From Candidatus Kapaibacterium sp. (GTDB taxonomy: Bacteria > Bacteroidota > Ignavibacteria > OLB7): DNA of 64,000 nt. The notes beneath the pieces are model-generated. The model did not search any database and had not been told where the DNA came from. It saw only the letters and a list, made by a program, of their open reading frames with translations. Shown here one piece after another: positions 1 through 8,711 of the stretch. Position 1 is the stretch's first letter. Each line of letters starts with the position of its first letter. The DNA lies in contig DASZRW010000135.1 in assembly GCA_035549015.1 (NCBI GenBank), forward strand, positions 3,387-67,386, given 5' to 3'. The position numbers and the translations under genes are program-made.

Positions 1-899
1 GCGACAAGATCCGCTCCGTGATCGCAAGCGGCACCTACAGCTCCTATCTCGGCGATTCGAATCTCGCGGACGAAGTGGAACTGGTGAAGTTCACACCGAT
101 CCCGCTGTCGCTGGAGGAACTCTCCAAACTCTGGTCCGTGTTCTTCCAGACGCAGTACAATCTCTCGATCGCCTATCAGGCAACCGTTGTTCTGATCGAT
201 GCGGATATGGCGCCGGTATCGCCGCTCCCCGTTCGCACGGCGAACTTCTATACGACACCGTACCAGCAGATCGTGGTGGACAAGGTTGTCAACAGTCTGG
301 ACCCGCTGCAGCCGATCACGCCATCCGATACGATCAGAATCATCGGGAGCGGACTCGATGCCGGCACGATGATGGTGCGGATCGGCGATGCCGAGGTTAC
401 GCCTGCAACCGTTTCGCCGAACGAACTGACCCTGGATCTCACAACGGTTCCGTCGGCATCGTTGAGCGCCGGGGTGCAGGGACTGCAGGTGGTGAAGAAG
501 GGTTCCTTCGGAGCGCCGCTCGTGCCCGGCGGCGATCCGGCTCCGCACACGGTGGCGGAGTCGAACGTGGCGCCGTTCGTGGTACGTCCGCTGATCACGG
601 CCGCCATCACGGCCAGCACGGACCTGGACGACGTTACCACCATCACGGTGCACGTGGCGCCGACGGTTGCCATGGAACAGCGTGTGTTGCTGCTTCTGAA
701 CGAGACAGCATCCTCCACGCCGGACTCGTACGCACTGCTCGCACCCGCGCGCGATGCCGATGGCACCACCGTCGTCTTCACGGTGAAGGGAGCAAAGGCC
801 GCCACCTTCCTGGCACGCATCCAGGTTGATGGTGCGGAAAGCCTGCTGACACGCGATGCGGATGAAACATACAACGGTCCCACGGTGACGCTGCCGTAG
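1..899 (+). CDS. 3' part of an eCIS cap/tail-terminator-like gene (DUF4255/Afp16-like C-terminal region) with an IPT/TIG-like beta-sandwich extension; 5' end lies outside the window
   Basis: The frame is open from the window edge and stops at 899. The LSLEELSKLWSVFF...LSIAYQATVVLID segment resembles the conserved C-terminal end of DUF4255 cap proteins as I recall them. A T/V/P-rich Ig-like stretch follows. It sits next to phage-tail-like genes. Confidence 0.4.
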   Translation, partial: DKIRSVIASGTYSSYLGDSNLADEVELVKFTPIPLSLEELSKLWSVFFQTQYNLSIAYQATVVLIDADMAPVSPLPVRTANFYTTPYQQIVVDKVVNSLDPLQPITPSDTIRIIGSGLDAGTMMVRIGDAEVTPATVSPNELTLDLTTVPSASLSAGVQGLQVVKKGSFGAPLVPGGDPAPHTVAESNVAPFVVRPLITAAITASTDLDDVTTITVHVAPTVAMEQRVLLLLNETASSTPDSYALLAPARDADGTTVVFTVKGAKAATFLARIQVDGAESLLTRDADETYNGPTVTLP

Positions 900-950
900 C
901 GCGCGCCACGGTTGATGCCGGGGAACGAAACCAGGGCCCGCGCTCCGCAG

Positions 951-1030
951 GCAGCGCGCAACAGATACGGAGGCAGCGCGCAACGGATGCGGAGGCTGCA
1001 CCGCAACGGGTGCGGAGGCTGCACCGCATG
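951..1030. repeat. About 3.5 tandem copies of a 22-bp imperfect direct repeat (GCAGCGCGCAACAGATACGGAG-like) in the intergenic region
   Basis: Copies are read directly at 951-972, 973-994, 995-1017 and a partial copy from 1018. They lie between the cap-like gene stop and the next start. Confidence 0.6.
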
Positions 1031-1150
1031 CAGCATCCTCTGCGTCCTTCGCGGCGCGGGGAACCGTTGAGCCGGAGCCCGGCTGATCGATACCATACAA
1101 CGTCATGCCGGCATGCCTGGAGCTGCCGGCAATCCACCATCCACGGAACA

Positions 1151-1600
1151 ATGATCCCCCAGACTATCGGCCGCTACGCGGAGCGTGATGTCGTGCTCCG
1201 AACCTTCTCCACGCTCGACGATGCAGGGGTGGACCGCCATCCCGAGGCGGCGCTGCTTCTGTGGGTCCTGGATCCTGGTTGGGAGGTTGAACGGTTTGCC
1301 GATGCCGTGGCACGATTGCTGGAATCGCCCGTTGCCTTTCTCACCGTCTCCGGCCCGCGCATCGAGGAGATGTTCATGGCCATGATCGATACCATGAACG
1401 GCTGGCCCACCGAGCCGACCACCGTCATGAATGTGATTGCGGGACTGAACGTTGCGGACAGCCTCCACGAGTTCCTGGATGCGGCGTCCGGGCATGGCGG
1501 CGCTGGGACGGACATGGTGATCGTTCTGGTCGGCGATCCGGAGATCACCGGGATCGTTGGCGGCATGCTGGCAGATTGCATGGGGGAGATCGGCGGGTAG
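1151..1600 (+). CDS. hypothetical protein (149 aa)
   Basis: ATG at 1151 inside the 1010..1600 ORF. The sequence is compositionally protein-like with no recognisable motif. It has its own intergenic spacers and is not translationally coupled. Confidence 0.45.
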   Translation: MIPQTIGRYAERDVVLRTFSTLDDAGVDRHPEAALLLWVLDPGWEVERFADAVARLLESPVAFLTVSGPRIEEMFMAMIDTMNGWPTEPTTVMNVIAGLNVADSLHEFLDAASGHGGAGTDMVIVLVGDPEITGIVGGMLADCMGEIGG

Positions 1601-1963
1601 CCGTTCGTGTATCGGGTGAGCATTGCAACAAAGATTCCTGCACGGGACTCTTTCACTGGACGTTGTGTTTCCCTATGTTTGTGCAACCATCATACGCGCA
1701 GCAATTACCGCGAGAATCCGGCAGAGAACGGATCTGTTCCGTGCCAGGCCAGCTGCCGCGGATGATGACGATGCAGGTGTGCACGGCCTTCATTCCAGAC
1801 GTGATGAAGCCCGAGCCTGTACGGTGAAGGGGCGGATGCCGCGAGGGCTGCGCTCTCACCGAGCACCACGGCACAATCGAACCCGAACGCAATAGTCCGG
1901 CCCGGCATCCGCATGCACCTGCTGTGGGGCCGTGCCCATGCACCACTACACCATACATGCACC

Positions 1964-2461
1964 ATGGCACGATTGTTCATTCAATGCGCCGGTGTTCTCC
2001 TGCTCGGCTCGTTGCTCGTGGCAGGCCGCAACATCCTGGGAACGGAAGCAGCGCCGAGGCATGGCAGGCTTCTCGAGAAAACCAATGGTCTGGCGATCGA
2101 ACTTCCGGACTCGCTGTTCGCGGAAGAGATCGATAACGGCTTCATCGTCTCGGCACAGGGTCCGAAGGATTTCCGGTATCCGGAGGAGGTGGAGATCGTC
2201 GGGGCGAAGCCGGAGGAGATGAAGCACCCGAACACGGCTTCATGCAGGACCGTGGGGAACGCAACCATGTACTATCGCTACGATGTGATTCCGATCGGCT
2301 ACGGACATCGCCACCGCCTTACCGCATGGTTCGAACAGAACGGACGTGTGATTCGGCTGCAGCAGATCGATCGTAATCAATGCACCGGCGCTCCCCGTTT
2401 CGATCTCCTCTGGGAGATTGCTCCGCACGTGGCGGTTCGTGCCGCCGAGCGGCGAAGCTGA
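1964..2461 (+). CDS. secreted hypothetical protein (165 aa) with an N-terminal signal peptide
   Basis: An internal ATG at 1964 gives MARLFIQCAGVLLLGSLLVAG, a hydrophobic signal-like N-terminus. The part upstream of this Met is His/Arg-rich and non-protein-like. Confidence 0.5.
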   Translation: MARLFIQCAGVLLLGSLLVAGRNILGTEAAPRHGRLLEKTNGLAIELPDSLFAEEIDNGFIVSAQGPKDFRYPEEVEIVGAKPEEMKHPNTASCRTVGNATMYYRYDVIPIGYGHRHRLTAWFEQNGRVIRLQQIDRNQCTGAPRFDLLWEIAPHVAVRAAERRS

Positions 2462-2510
2462 ACGGCGCAACCGAACGCGAAGCCGCGCGGCAAAGCCGGG
2501 CGGAGGGTAG

Positions 2511-3782
2511 TTGGAGAACAGGTATGACACCATCACTTCGATGAACGTGCATTCGAGAAGCATCCCGCGTCGCGATGGACTTCTGCACCCGCACATGCGA
2601 CTGCTTGGCCGCGATCTGCCGGCCTTTCATCTCTGTGCGATCGCCGGTCTGGTTGCCGGCATGGCGTTGGTTACGGCGCTGGCGCTCAGGCTTGGCCTTG
2701 CACCCCTTGTCGAGGCAGGGCTGGCGGCGATAGCCGTTGCGCTTTTTCTCCTCTATGCGATGATGCACAAGGTGATCACGGGGGAGGAGTCGTTGGTGCA
2801 CTATCGCGCGCTCCTGATGGTGACGGCCGGAGTGGCGTCTGCTGCATGGTTTGCGGGGCTTCCGGTTCTGCGTTTCATGGATATCACCATCCTCGGTGTG
2901 GGAACGTTCGCAGCCTTCGGCAGGGTTGGCTGCCTGATGGTGGGATGCTGCCACGGACGTCCCAGCCGCCGCGGCATTCGTTATCGCGAGGAGCATGCAC
3001 GCAGCGGCTTCCCGCGATCGTTCGTGGGGGTGCCGCTGCTTCCCGTACAGGCGGTGGAAGCGGTGGCGCTCGCGGCCATCGTGGCCGGCGGCTGTGCCAT
3101 CCTTCTTGGTGGCGCACGCCCCGGAAGCGCTCTGGCGTGGTACTTCGTTGCGTACGGCACGCTCCGCTTCGGTCTGGAGTTTCTGCGGGGTGATGCGGAC
3201 CGGCCGTACATGCTTGGATTTTCGGAGGCGCAGTGGACAGCGGTTGTCGTCGTTGCCGCACTCTGCGTTGCCGGCTACTGCGGCGCCCTGCCGGTGCTGC
3301 CGTGGCACAGTGGAATGCTTGGGGCCCTTGCAATGGCAATGGTTGCCGTTGCGGCAGGGCGTGGTATGGACAACGACGAGTGCTTTCAACTTCTTCATCC
3401 CGTGCACGTGTCCGAACTGGCTCGCATTGTGGCAATGCGGCGCGCAGAGCCGCGCATGCAGGGGGATGAGTTCGATTCAGCGGCGAGTGCACGTCCGATC
3501 GTTACCTCGCGTGGCGTCAGCGTCACGGGGGGATTGATCGGAATGGCTCGGGGGACTTCGTACTATTTCGCGCTCTCGCGCCGAGGACACCGCTTCGGTC
3601 TCCAAGGCACGCAGCGGCTGGCGGAGCTGATGGTACTGCTCTGCAACGGCCGAACGTGGGAGCTTGTCCGGGGACGTTGGGGTGTGGTGCATCTGTTGAT
3701 CGATGTACAGCCCCGCGGTTCCGGCGGCCATGAGAGCGCCACGAAGAAGGAGGCGTTCTATCCGTCTCTTGCCGGGGAGTAG
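2511..3782 (+). CDS. polytopic membrane protein with an Lgt (prolipoprotein diacylglyceryl transferase)-like core and a ~150-aa C-terminal soluble extension
   Basis: There are multiple hydrophobic helices. GRVGCLMVGCCHG aligns in spacing with the Lgt signature G-R-x-G-N-F-x-N-G-E but carries Cys where Lgt has Asn/Glu. YGTLRFGLEFLRGD resembles the Lgt RFxxEFxR motif. The true start may be a downstream Met at 2541 or 2595. Confidence 0.45.
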   Translation: MENRYDTITSMNVHSRSIPRRDGLLHPHMRLLGRDLPAFHLCAIAGLVAGMALVTALALRLGLAPLVEAGLAAIAVALFLLYAMMHKVITGEESLVHYRALLMVTAGVASAAWFAGLPVLRFMDITILGVGTFAAFGRVGCLMVGCCHGRPSRRGIRYREEHARSGFPRSFVGVPLLPVQAVEAVALAAIVAGGCAILLGGARPGSALAWYFVAYGTLRFGLEFLRGDADRPYMLGFSEAQWTAVVVVAALCVAGYCGALPVLPWHSGMLGALAMAMVAVAAGRGMDNDECFQLLHPVHVSELARIVAMRRAEPRMQGDEFDSAASARPIVTSRGVSVTGGLIGMARGTSYYFALSRRGHRFGLQGTQRLAELMVLLCNGRTWELVRGRWGVVHLLIDVQPRGSGGHESATKKEAFYPSLAGE

Positions 3783-3889
3783 ACCAGGTTGCGCAGGGCA
3801 GCGATAGCTGCGCACCTGCCGGGCAATCCCGAGGCTTCACCACAACCCGTACACCCCGCAACGCGGGCATCGCTGAAGGTCCATGCACT

Positions 3890-4828
3890 ATGTCGAATGG
3901 AATCTATGCACACTTCCATATAGCCCCCGGGAAACGAACGCCGAGCGACATCTTCTCCAAGATGGTTGCGGCGGTGTCCTCCTGGGAGGAAGCAGATAAC
4001 GAGTGGAAGAGTTTGAAGGTCTTTGATGGAGCGCTCGATACATGTGTCGTTGAACGATACGGCGCATTGACATCCGGCGAGGTTCTGGCCGCCACCAGAC
4101 AATGCCGGAGCCAGACGTTGAGTATCTGGAGCGATCTCTCATTCCGATGCTGGCACACTGCGGCCGGGCGACCCTTCCAGGGGTTCGAAGGCTCTACGAT
4201 CATCGCACGCGGCGATGAATGGTTGGGACGCCACGGAGCCGATCGGCGCCTTCGTGGGAATGCGGAGCTCTCCGTGTGGGAGCGGGCCCCCTTCTCCATC
4301 CTCGATGTGAAGGAGTTCGGTCCCGAAGCGGATGCCTGGAACCGCCACGTGGAGGAGAATCTGGAGATCCTGACGGCCGGCATCTTCCGTGCCATCGAGT
4401 CGCTGAAGCCGACGTCGGTGAAAGTCTACGATGGCTTCGGGGAATACCTGCCGGTGAACGCCAACTTGGCCTACTATCGGAACGAGGCCGAAGTGCTGGC
4501 CGATCTGCGATTCATGGCGGAGTTCTGGGAACGCGGCGACGGCACCGGCCAGGTGCCGCCGTTGAAATTCGGCTACAACCGCAAGCATCGAAGCCTGCTG
4601 GGCGCGCTGCGCAACGAGGCCGCGCGCGAGCGCCTGTGGCGGTCGTTGACCGCTGGGCTTGCGAATATCGGCAACGTGACCGAACGGAATGTGCGCGACG
4701 TGCTGGACTCCGGCCAGTTCGACTACTACGCAATGCCGGTGGGGTTCACCGTGCTCGATCATCCTGGATTCATGAATTCCTATCTCCACGATTTCTACCT
4801 CGCCGTGTTGAAGGCGCCGGTGGAATAA
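3890..4828 (+). CDS. hypothetical protein (312 aa)
   Basis: Clean ORF with balanced composition and no motif I can name. It lies in the gap between the cap-like and ATPase genes. Confidence 0.5.
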   Translation: MSNGIYAHFHIAPGKRTPSDIFSKMVAAVSSWEEADNEWKSLKVFDGALDTCVVERYGALTSGEVLAATRQCRSQTLSIWSDLSFRCWHTAAGRPFQGFEGSTIIARGDEWLGRHGADRRLRGNAELSVWERAPFSILDVKEFGPEADAWNRHVEENLEILTAGIFRAIESLKPTSVKVYDGFGEYLPVNANLAYYRNEAEVLADLRFMAEFWERGDGTGQVPPLKFGYNRKHRSLLGALRNEAARERLWRSLTAGLANIGNVTERNVRDVLDSGQFDYYAMPVGFTVLDHPGFMNSYLHDFYLAVLKAPVE

Positions 4829-4854
4829 GCCGGAGAAGGCTGCGACCGAACTCT

Positions 4855-4893
4855 TCCGGATGCATTCCGTCCGGATGCATTCCGTCCGGATGG
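4855..4893. repeat. Tandem 15-bp direct repeat (CCGGATGCATTCCGT, two copies plus a partial third) upstream of the ATPase gene
   Basis: Read directly as ttCCGGATGCATTCCGtCCGGATGCATTCCGtCCGGATGG. Confidence 0.55.
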
Positions 4894-4997
4894 CTGGAAT
4901 TCCCAACGCCCGGCGCCTCGATGCGGACCGTACGTCGGCATCGGGGCCCTGCCGGGTAATGGCGGTACGGAGCACGAATCGTTAACGGAGCTCATCG

Positions 4998-6980
4998 ATG
5001 CGAACCACTCGGGAGCATGACGGACATGCGGAGAATCTTGAGGCCATGGCCCCGGCCATCGCCGGCATCCGCGAACTGCTTGTACGGCATATCAACCGGC
5101 AGGCCGGCTCCGCAATCATGCAGGAGGCGCCGGCCGTGCGTGGGAGTGAAGGCGATGGTGATCCGTTGGCGCCGCTGCCGCCCGCGCTGCTGGCGCTGGC
5201 GGAGATCTTCGGCCTGACAGGATTCGAGACGAAGCTGTTGCTGCTTGCCGCCGCAACGGAGCACGATCCTGCGATCGGAATGCTTGCCGCGACCGCACTC
5301 GGCAACGAGACCATGCCGCATGCAACGTTCGGCCTGGCGTTCTCGCTCTTCGGCGAGGCGCCGCAATGCGTTCCATCGCCGGAGCGGCCGCTGCGCCGCT
5401 GGGAGCTTGTGACGCTGGTGGAGGGGACCAGCCTGGTGACATCGCCGATACGGATCAACGAGCGGATCTATCACTATCTGTTCGGTGAGGAGTACGTGGA
5501 CGAACGGCTCCGCGGGTTCCTTCGGCCCGTTGAGCATGCCGGCGAGCTTGCCCCCTCGCATCGGGATCTGGTGGTACGCGGCGAGCGTCTGCTGGCGGGC
5601 GCGCGCAATGCCGGCGAGCCGATGGCGATACAGTTGTGCGGCGGTGCGGGGGATGACCGGCTTGGGATTGCCGCTGCCGTTGCCGTGCGCTCGGGAGCCG
5701 CTGCCTTCCTGATACGCGCCGGAGACATTCCGGCGGCCGTCCGCGAGCGGGAGACGCTTCTCACGCTCTGGAACCGGGAGGCGATGCTGGAGGGACGGAT
5801 GATCGTGATCGATTGCGACGGCGCCGATGCGCAGCATCTGGCGCGGGGCGTGGCTTCGTTCGCCGACGGCGTGCACGGAGTGCTGTTCGTGAGCACGCCG
5901 GAGCCTGTTGCATTCGCGTCAAGGCAGCTTGTTCGCATCGATGTCCGGAAGCCTTCCTCCGCGGAGCAGCGCGACATGTGGGAGAGCGTGCTGGGTGATA
6001 TCGCCCTCCGGTTGAACGGGCAGGTGAATCAGGCCATCTCGCAGTTCAATCTCGGCGCCGGCCGCGTGCGCGCGGCAGGAACGGTGGTGCGCGAAGCCGC
6101 GCCGCACCTGGATGCGAAGCATCTGGGCGATCTGCTCTGGGAGACCTGCCGGCTGCAGGCCCGGCCGCGTCTGGACGATCTGGCGCAGCGCATCGAACCG
6201 GCGGCTGCGTGGGACGATCTGGTTCTGCCCGAAGGAGCGCTTGCAACCATTCGCGAGATCGCGGCGCATGTGCGCCAGCGTATGCGCGTCTATCTGGAGT
6301 GGGGATTCGCCCGTGCATCCAGCAGGGGACTCGGCATCAGCGCCATGTTCGCCGGAGCGAGCGGCACCGGCAAGACCATGGCGGCGGAGGTGCTTGCGGC
6401 CGAGCTGCGGCTGGATCTGTATCACATCGATCTGAGCCAGGTGGTGAGCAAGTACATCGGGGAGACGGAGAAGAACCTGCGCCGGATCTTCGATGCTGCG
6501 GAGGAAGGAGGAGCGGTGCTCCTGTTCGACGAGGCGGATGCGTTGTTCGGCAGGCGGAGCGAGGTGAAGGACTCGCACGACCGCCATGCGAACATCGAGG
6601 TGAGCTATCTGCTGCAGCGAATGGAGAGCTATCGCGGGCTGGCGATTCTGACAACGAACATGAAGGGGAGTGTGGACCCCGCATTCCTGCGGCGCCTGCG
6701 GTTCGTGGTGGACTTCCCCTTCCCCGATGCGGCGCACCGGATGAGGATCTGGAGCCGCATCTATCCGGACACCGTGCCGTGCAGGGGGCTGGACGTCGAG
6801 AAGCTCGCACGTCTGGATGTGTCGGGCGGGAATATCAGGAACATCGCGCTCAACGCCGCCTTCCTCGCGGCGGAGGAGAATACCGCCGTTCAGATGCGTC
6901 ACATCCTGGCCGCCAGCCGGAGCGAGTATGCCAAGCTGGAGAAGCAGCTTACCGGGGTAGAGACGGGAGGCTGGATCTGA
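4998..6980 (+). CDS. eCIS-associated AAA+ ATPase (Afp15/Pvc15-like, CDC48-type D2 domain)
   Basis: Walker A GASGTGKT, Walker B LLFDEAD, and the C-terminal helical AAA lid. A long N-terminal region is typical of Afp15-like ATPases. SD GGAG lies 7 nt upstream of the ATG. Confidence 0.85.
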   Translation: MRTTREHDGHAENLEAMAPAIAGIRELLVRHINRQAGSAIMQEAPAVRGSEGDGDPLAPLPPALLALAEIFGLTGFETKLLLLAAATEHDPAIGMLAATALGNETMPHATFGLAFSLFGEAPQCVPSPERPLRRWELVTLVEGTSLVTSPIRINERIYHYLFGEEYVDERLRGFLRPVEHAGELAPSHRDLVVRGERLLAGARNAGEPMAIQLCGGAGDDRLGIAAAVAVRSGAAAFLIRAGDIPAAVRERETLLTLWNREAMLEGRMIVIDCDGADAQHLARGVASFADGVHGVLFVSTPEPVAFASRQLVRIDVRKPSSAEQRDMWESVLGDIALRLNGQVNQAISQFNLGAGRVRAAGTVVREAAPHLDAKHLGDLLWETCRLQARPRLDDLAQRIEPAAAWDDLVLPEGALATIREIAAHVRQRMRVYLEWGFARASSRGLGISAMFAGASGTGKTMAAEVLAAELRLDLYHIDLSQVVSKYIGETEKNLRRIFDAAEEGGAVLLFDEADALFGRRSEVKDSHDRHANIEVSYLLQRMESYRGLAILTTNMKGSVDPAFLRRLRFVVDFPFPDAAHRMRIWSRIYPDTVPCRGLDVEKLARLDVSGGNIRNIALNAAFLAAEENTAVQMRHILAASRSEYAKLEKQLTGVETGGWI

Positions 6981-7450
6981 TGAGCGCCGCCGCCCCACAT
7001 GGAGCCACCCCCGCCGGCGACAACGCCCCTGCGGGCGGCAATGCTGCGGCAGTGCCGGCCATCGAGCCGGCGGTGCCGCGGCGCAGCACCGATCGGGGGG
7101 GCGATCGCCCGACGGCGACACGCGAACCCGCCCCGTTGCCTGATGCTCCGGTGAGGTCTGCACCGCCGCGCGAAACGGAACGCAGCAGCCGCCCGCGGCT
7201 GGAGCTTTCCATCGGCGAGCTTGTACTGCACGGCTTTCCCGAGCAGATGCGCGAGCGGGTTGGGGCCGCAATCCAGCGTGAACTGGAGCGACTGTTCGCC
7301 GACGATGAAACGCTTGGCCGGAATTCCTCCGCGAGCGATCATCTGGAGATCGAAGGGGGAGCATTCACGATGCAACCGGGAACCCCGCCGGAAATTGCCG
7401 GACGCGAAATTGCCCGGGCAATCGCGCGCGGCATGCGTGCAGGGCGATGA
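6980..7450 (+). CDS. small hypothetical protein (156 aa) translationally coupled to the ATPase
   Basis: Its ATG at 6980 overlaps the ATPase TGA as ATGA. It is the in-frame tail of the 6209..7450 ORF, whose upstream part is Arg-rich junk that overlaps the ATPase. The N-terminal half is Ala/Pro-rich and the C-terminal half is structured. Confidence 0.5.
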   Translation: MSAAAPHGATPAGDNAPAGGNAAAVPAIEPAVPRRSTDRGGDRPTATREPAPLPDAPVRSAPPRETERSSRPRLELSIGELVLHGFPEQMRERVGAAIQRELERLFADDETLGRNSSASDHLEIEGGAFTMQPGTPPEIAGREIARAIARGMRAGR

Positions 7451-7548
7451 CCGGCCCGCGGGTCCTGCAGGCATGCGGCAACGTGCATGCTGCGGCGCTC
7501 GAACGGCCGATTAATTTGGTTGCCGGAGGAATACGAACCAGAATTTGC

Positions 7549-7576
7549 TTGACTCCGGAAATGGATTTTGTATCTT
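7549..7576 (+). promoter_or_regulatory. candidate sigma70-like promoter (TTGACT-N16-TATCTT) for the structural operon
   Basis: Hexamers read at 7549-7554 and 7571-7576 in the AT-richer intergenic region 280 bp upstream of the tube gene. The promoter consensus of this organism is unknown. Confidence 0.25.
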
Positions 7577-7673
7577 GCAAAAGTTATCGCACACCATTTC
7601 CCAGACCGTACCAACGGTAATTCTGACCATCCATTGCGGCTCACGCTCGCCGTCGCATTGCAGCAATGAATAA

Positions 7674-7694
7674 TTGCCGGAATAATTCCGGCAA
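7674..7694. promoter_or_regulatory. perfect 21-bp palindrome TTGCCGGAAT-A-ATTCCGGCAA, a candidate operator
   Basis: Ten-bp arms pair perfectly around a single central base. It sits ~160 bp upstream of the tube gene start. A TTGCCGGAGG half-site recurs at 7520-7529 and an inverted CTCCGGAA at 7553-7560. Confidence 0.5.
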
Positions 7695-7855
7695 TGCCGC
7701 TGCATTGAGCATCAAACCCCACTGGGCTTTGTCGCCATCAATTACGGGCGGTTCCCCGCTCGACTGAACGAGATCCGGCATGCGAACGTCCGCCACGGCG
7801 AGCGCTGTTCATGTGCGGAGCACTACAGGACGCCACAACTACGCACGAGGTATAC

Positions 7856-8515
7856 ATGTCTGAGTTCCCAGGAGCGGCGCGGGTAATGAAGGGAGCGATT
7901 ATCGGGATCGACGGAAGCAGCCCTCTTTCCCGTATCGTCAGATTTCAGTACAACCCGGAATCGGTTGTCCGCAGCCTGTCACCACGAACCGGCCCGAAGG
8001 CAACGCCATCTGCCAGCGGCGCCGATGCAACGGCCAAGGAAACCTACAAGCTCACCGGACCGCCAACCGAAACAATCAGTCTGGATCTGCACCTCGACGC
8101 CGCGGATCAATTGGAGATTGCAGACCCCATCGCCGTAGGATTCGGGCTCCACCCACAGCTCGCGTCGCTGGAGCTTCTGCTCTATCCCAAGCTGGATCAG
8201 TTGAAAAAGCAGTGGGCGAAGCTGGACAAGGGCGTTGCGGAGGTGCAGCCGATGGAGGCGCCGGTGACGCTCTTCTTCTGGGGAGTGCAGCGCGTGCAGC
8301 CGGTGCGCGTGAAAAGCCTCTCGGTGACCGAATCGAATTTCGACTCGAAGCTCAACCCGATACAGGCCGTCGTGAAGGTGGAATTGGAAACGCTGTCGTA
8401 CGACGAATTGACCGGCGCCACGAAGGATCTCTATGTGGTATACCAGCAGGCCAAGGAAGTGCTCGCAACGCTGGGCGGGCTGCGGACCGTCACGTCCGCA
8501 CTGCTCGGTGTGTAG
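7856..8515 (+). CDS. contractile-tail tube protein (T4 gp19/Afp1-Afp5-like)
   Basis: The FQYNPESV motif and beta-rich composition are typical of the phage tail tube family. ATG at 7856 is preceded by GAGG. Stop TAG at 8513-8515. Confidence 0.8.
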   Translation: MSEFPGAARVMKGAIIGIDGSSPLSRIVRFQYNPESVVRSLSPRTGPKATPSASGADATAKETYKLTGPPTETISLDLHLDAADQLEIADPIAVGFGLHPQLASLELLLYPKLDQLKKQWAKLDKGVAEVQPMEAPVTLFFWGVQRVQPVRVKSLSVTESNFDSKLNPIQAVVKVELETLSYDELTGATKDLYVVYQQAKEVLATLGGLRTVTSALLGV

Positions 8516-8530
8516 GCGTTTCGGCGGCGT

Positions 8531-8556
8531 GCGTACGGATAATGGAGCGCGTACGC
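8531..8556 (+). other. hairpin made from two copies of the self-complementary octamer GCGTACG(C), just downstream of the tube gene
   Basis: GCGTACGgataatggagcGCGTACGC has no following T-run. It could be an attenuator or RNA-processing site that sets tube stoichiometry. Confidence 0.25.
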
Positions 8557-8711
8557 CCGTCGCAGCAACCGGCAACGTATCACGGCAGGCTTCGGCGCGC
8601 AGGCGTTGAAGCAGGCGTCCGAAAATACAGGCCCCACTCTGCTTCATGGCATGGAAGGCTGGGGATGCATTTCGTGGGAAGCTATCAACCGCACATCATT
8701 GAGGTGATGAA

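Noticed and set aside
1010-1150. Upstream extension of the 149-aa gene to the track start at 1010.
   Set aside because: The first 47 codons are Arg/His-rich and span the 22-bp tandem-repeat DNA. The ATG at 1151 starts the protein-like part.
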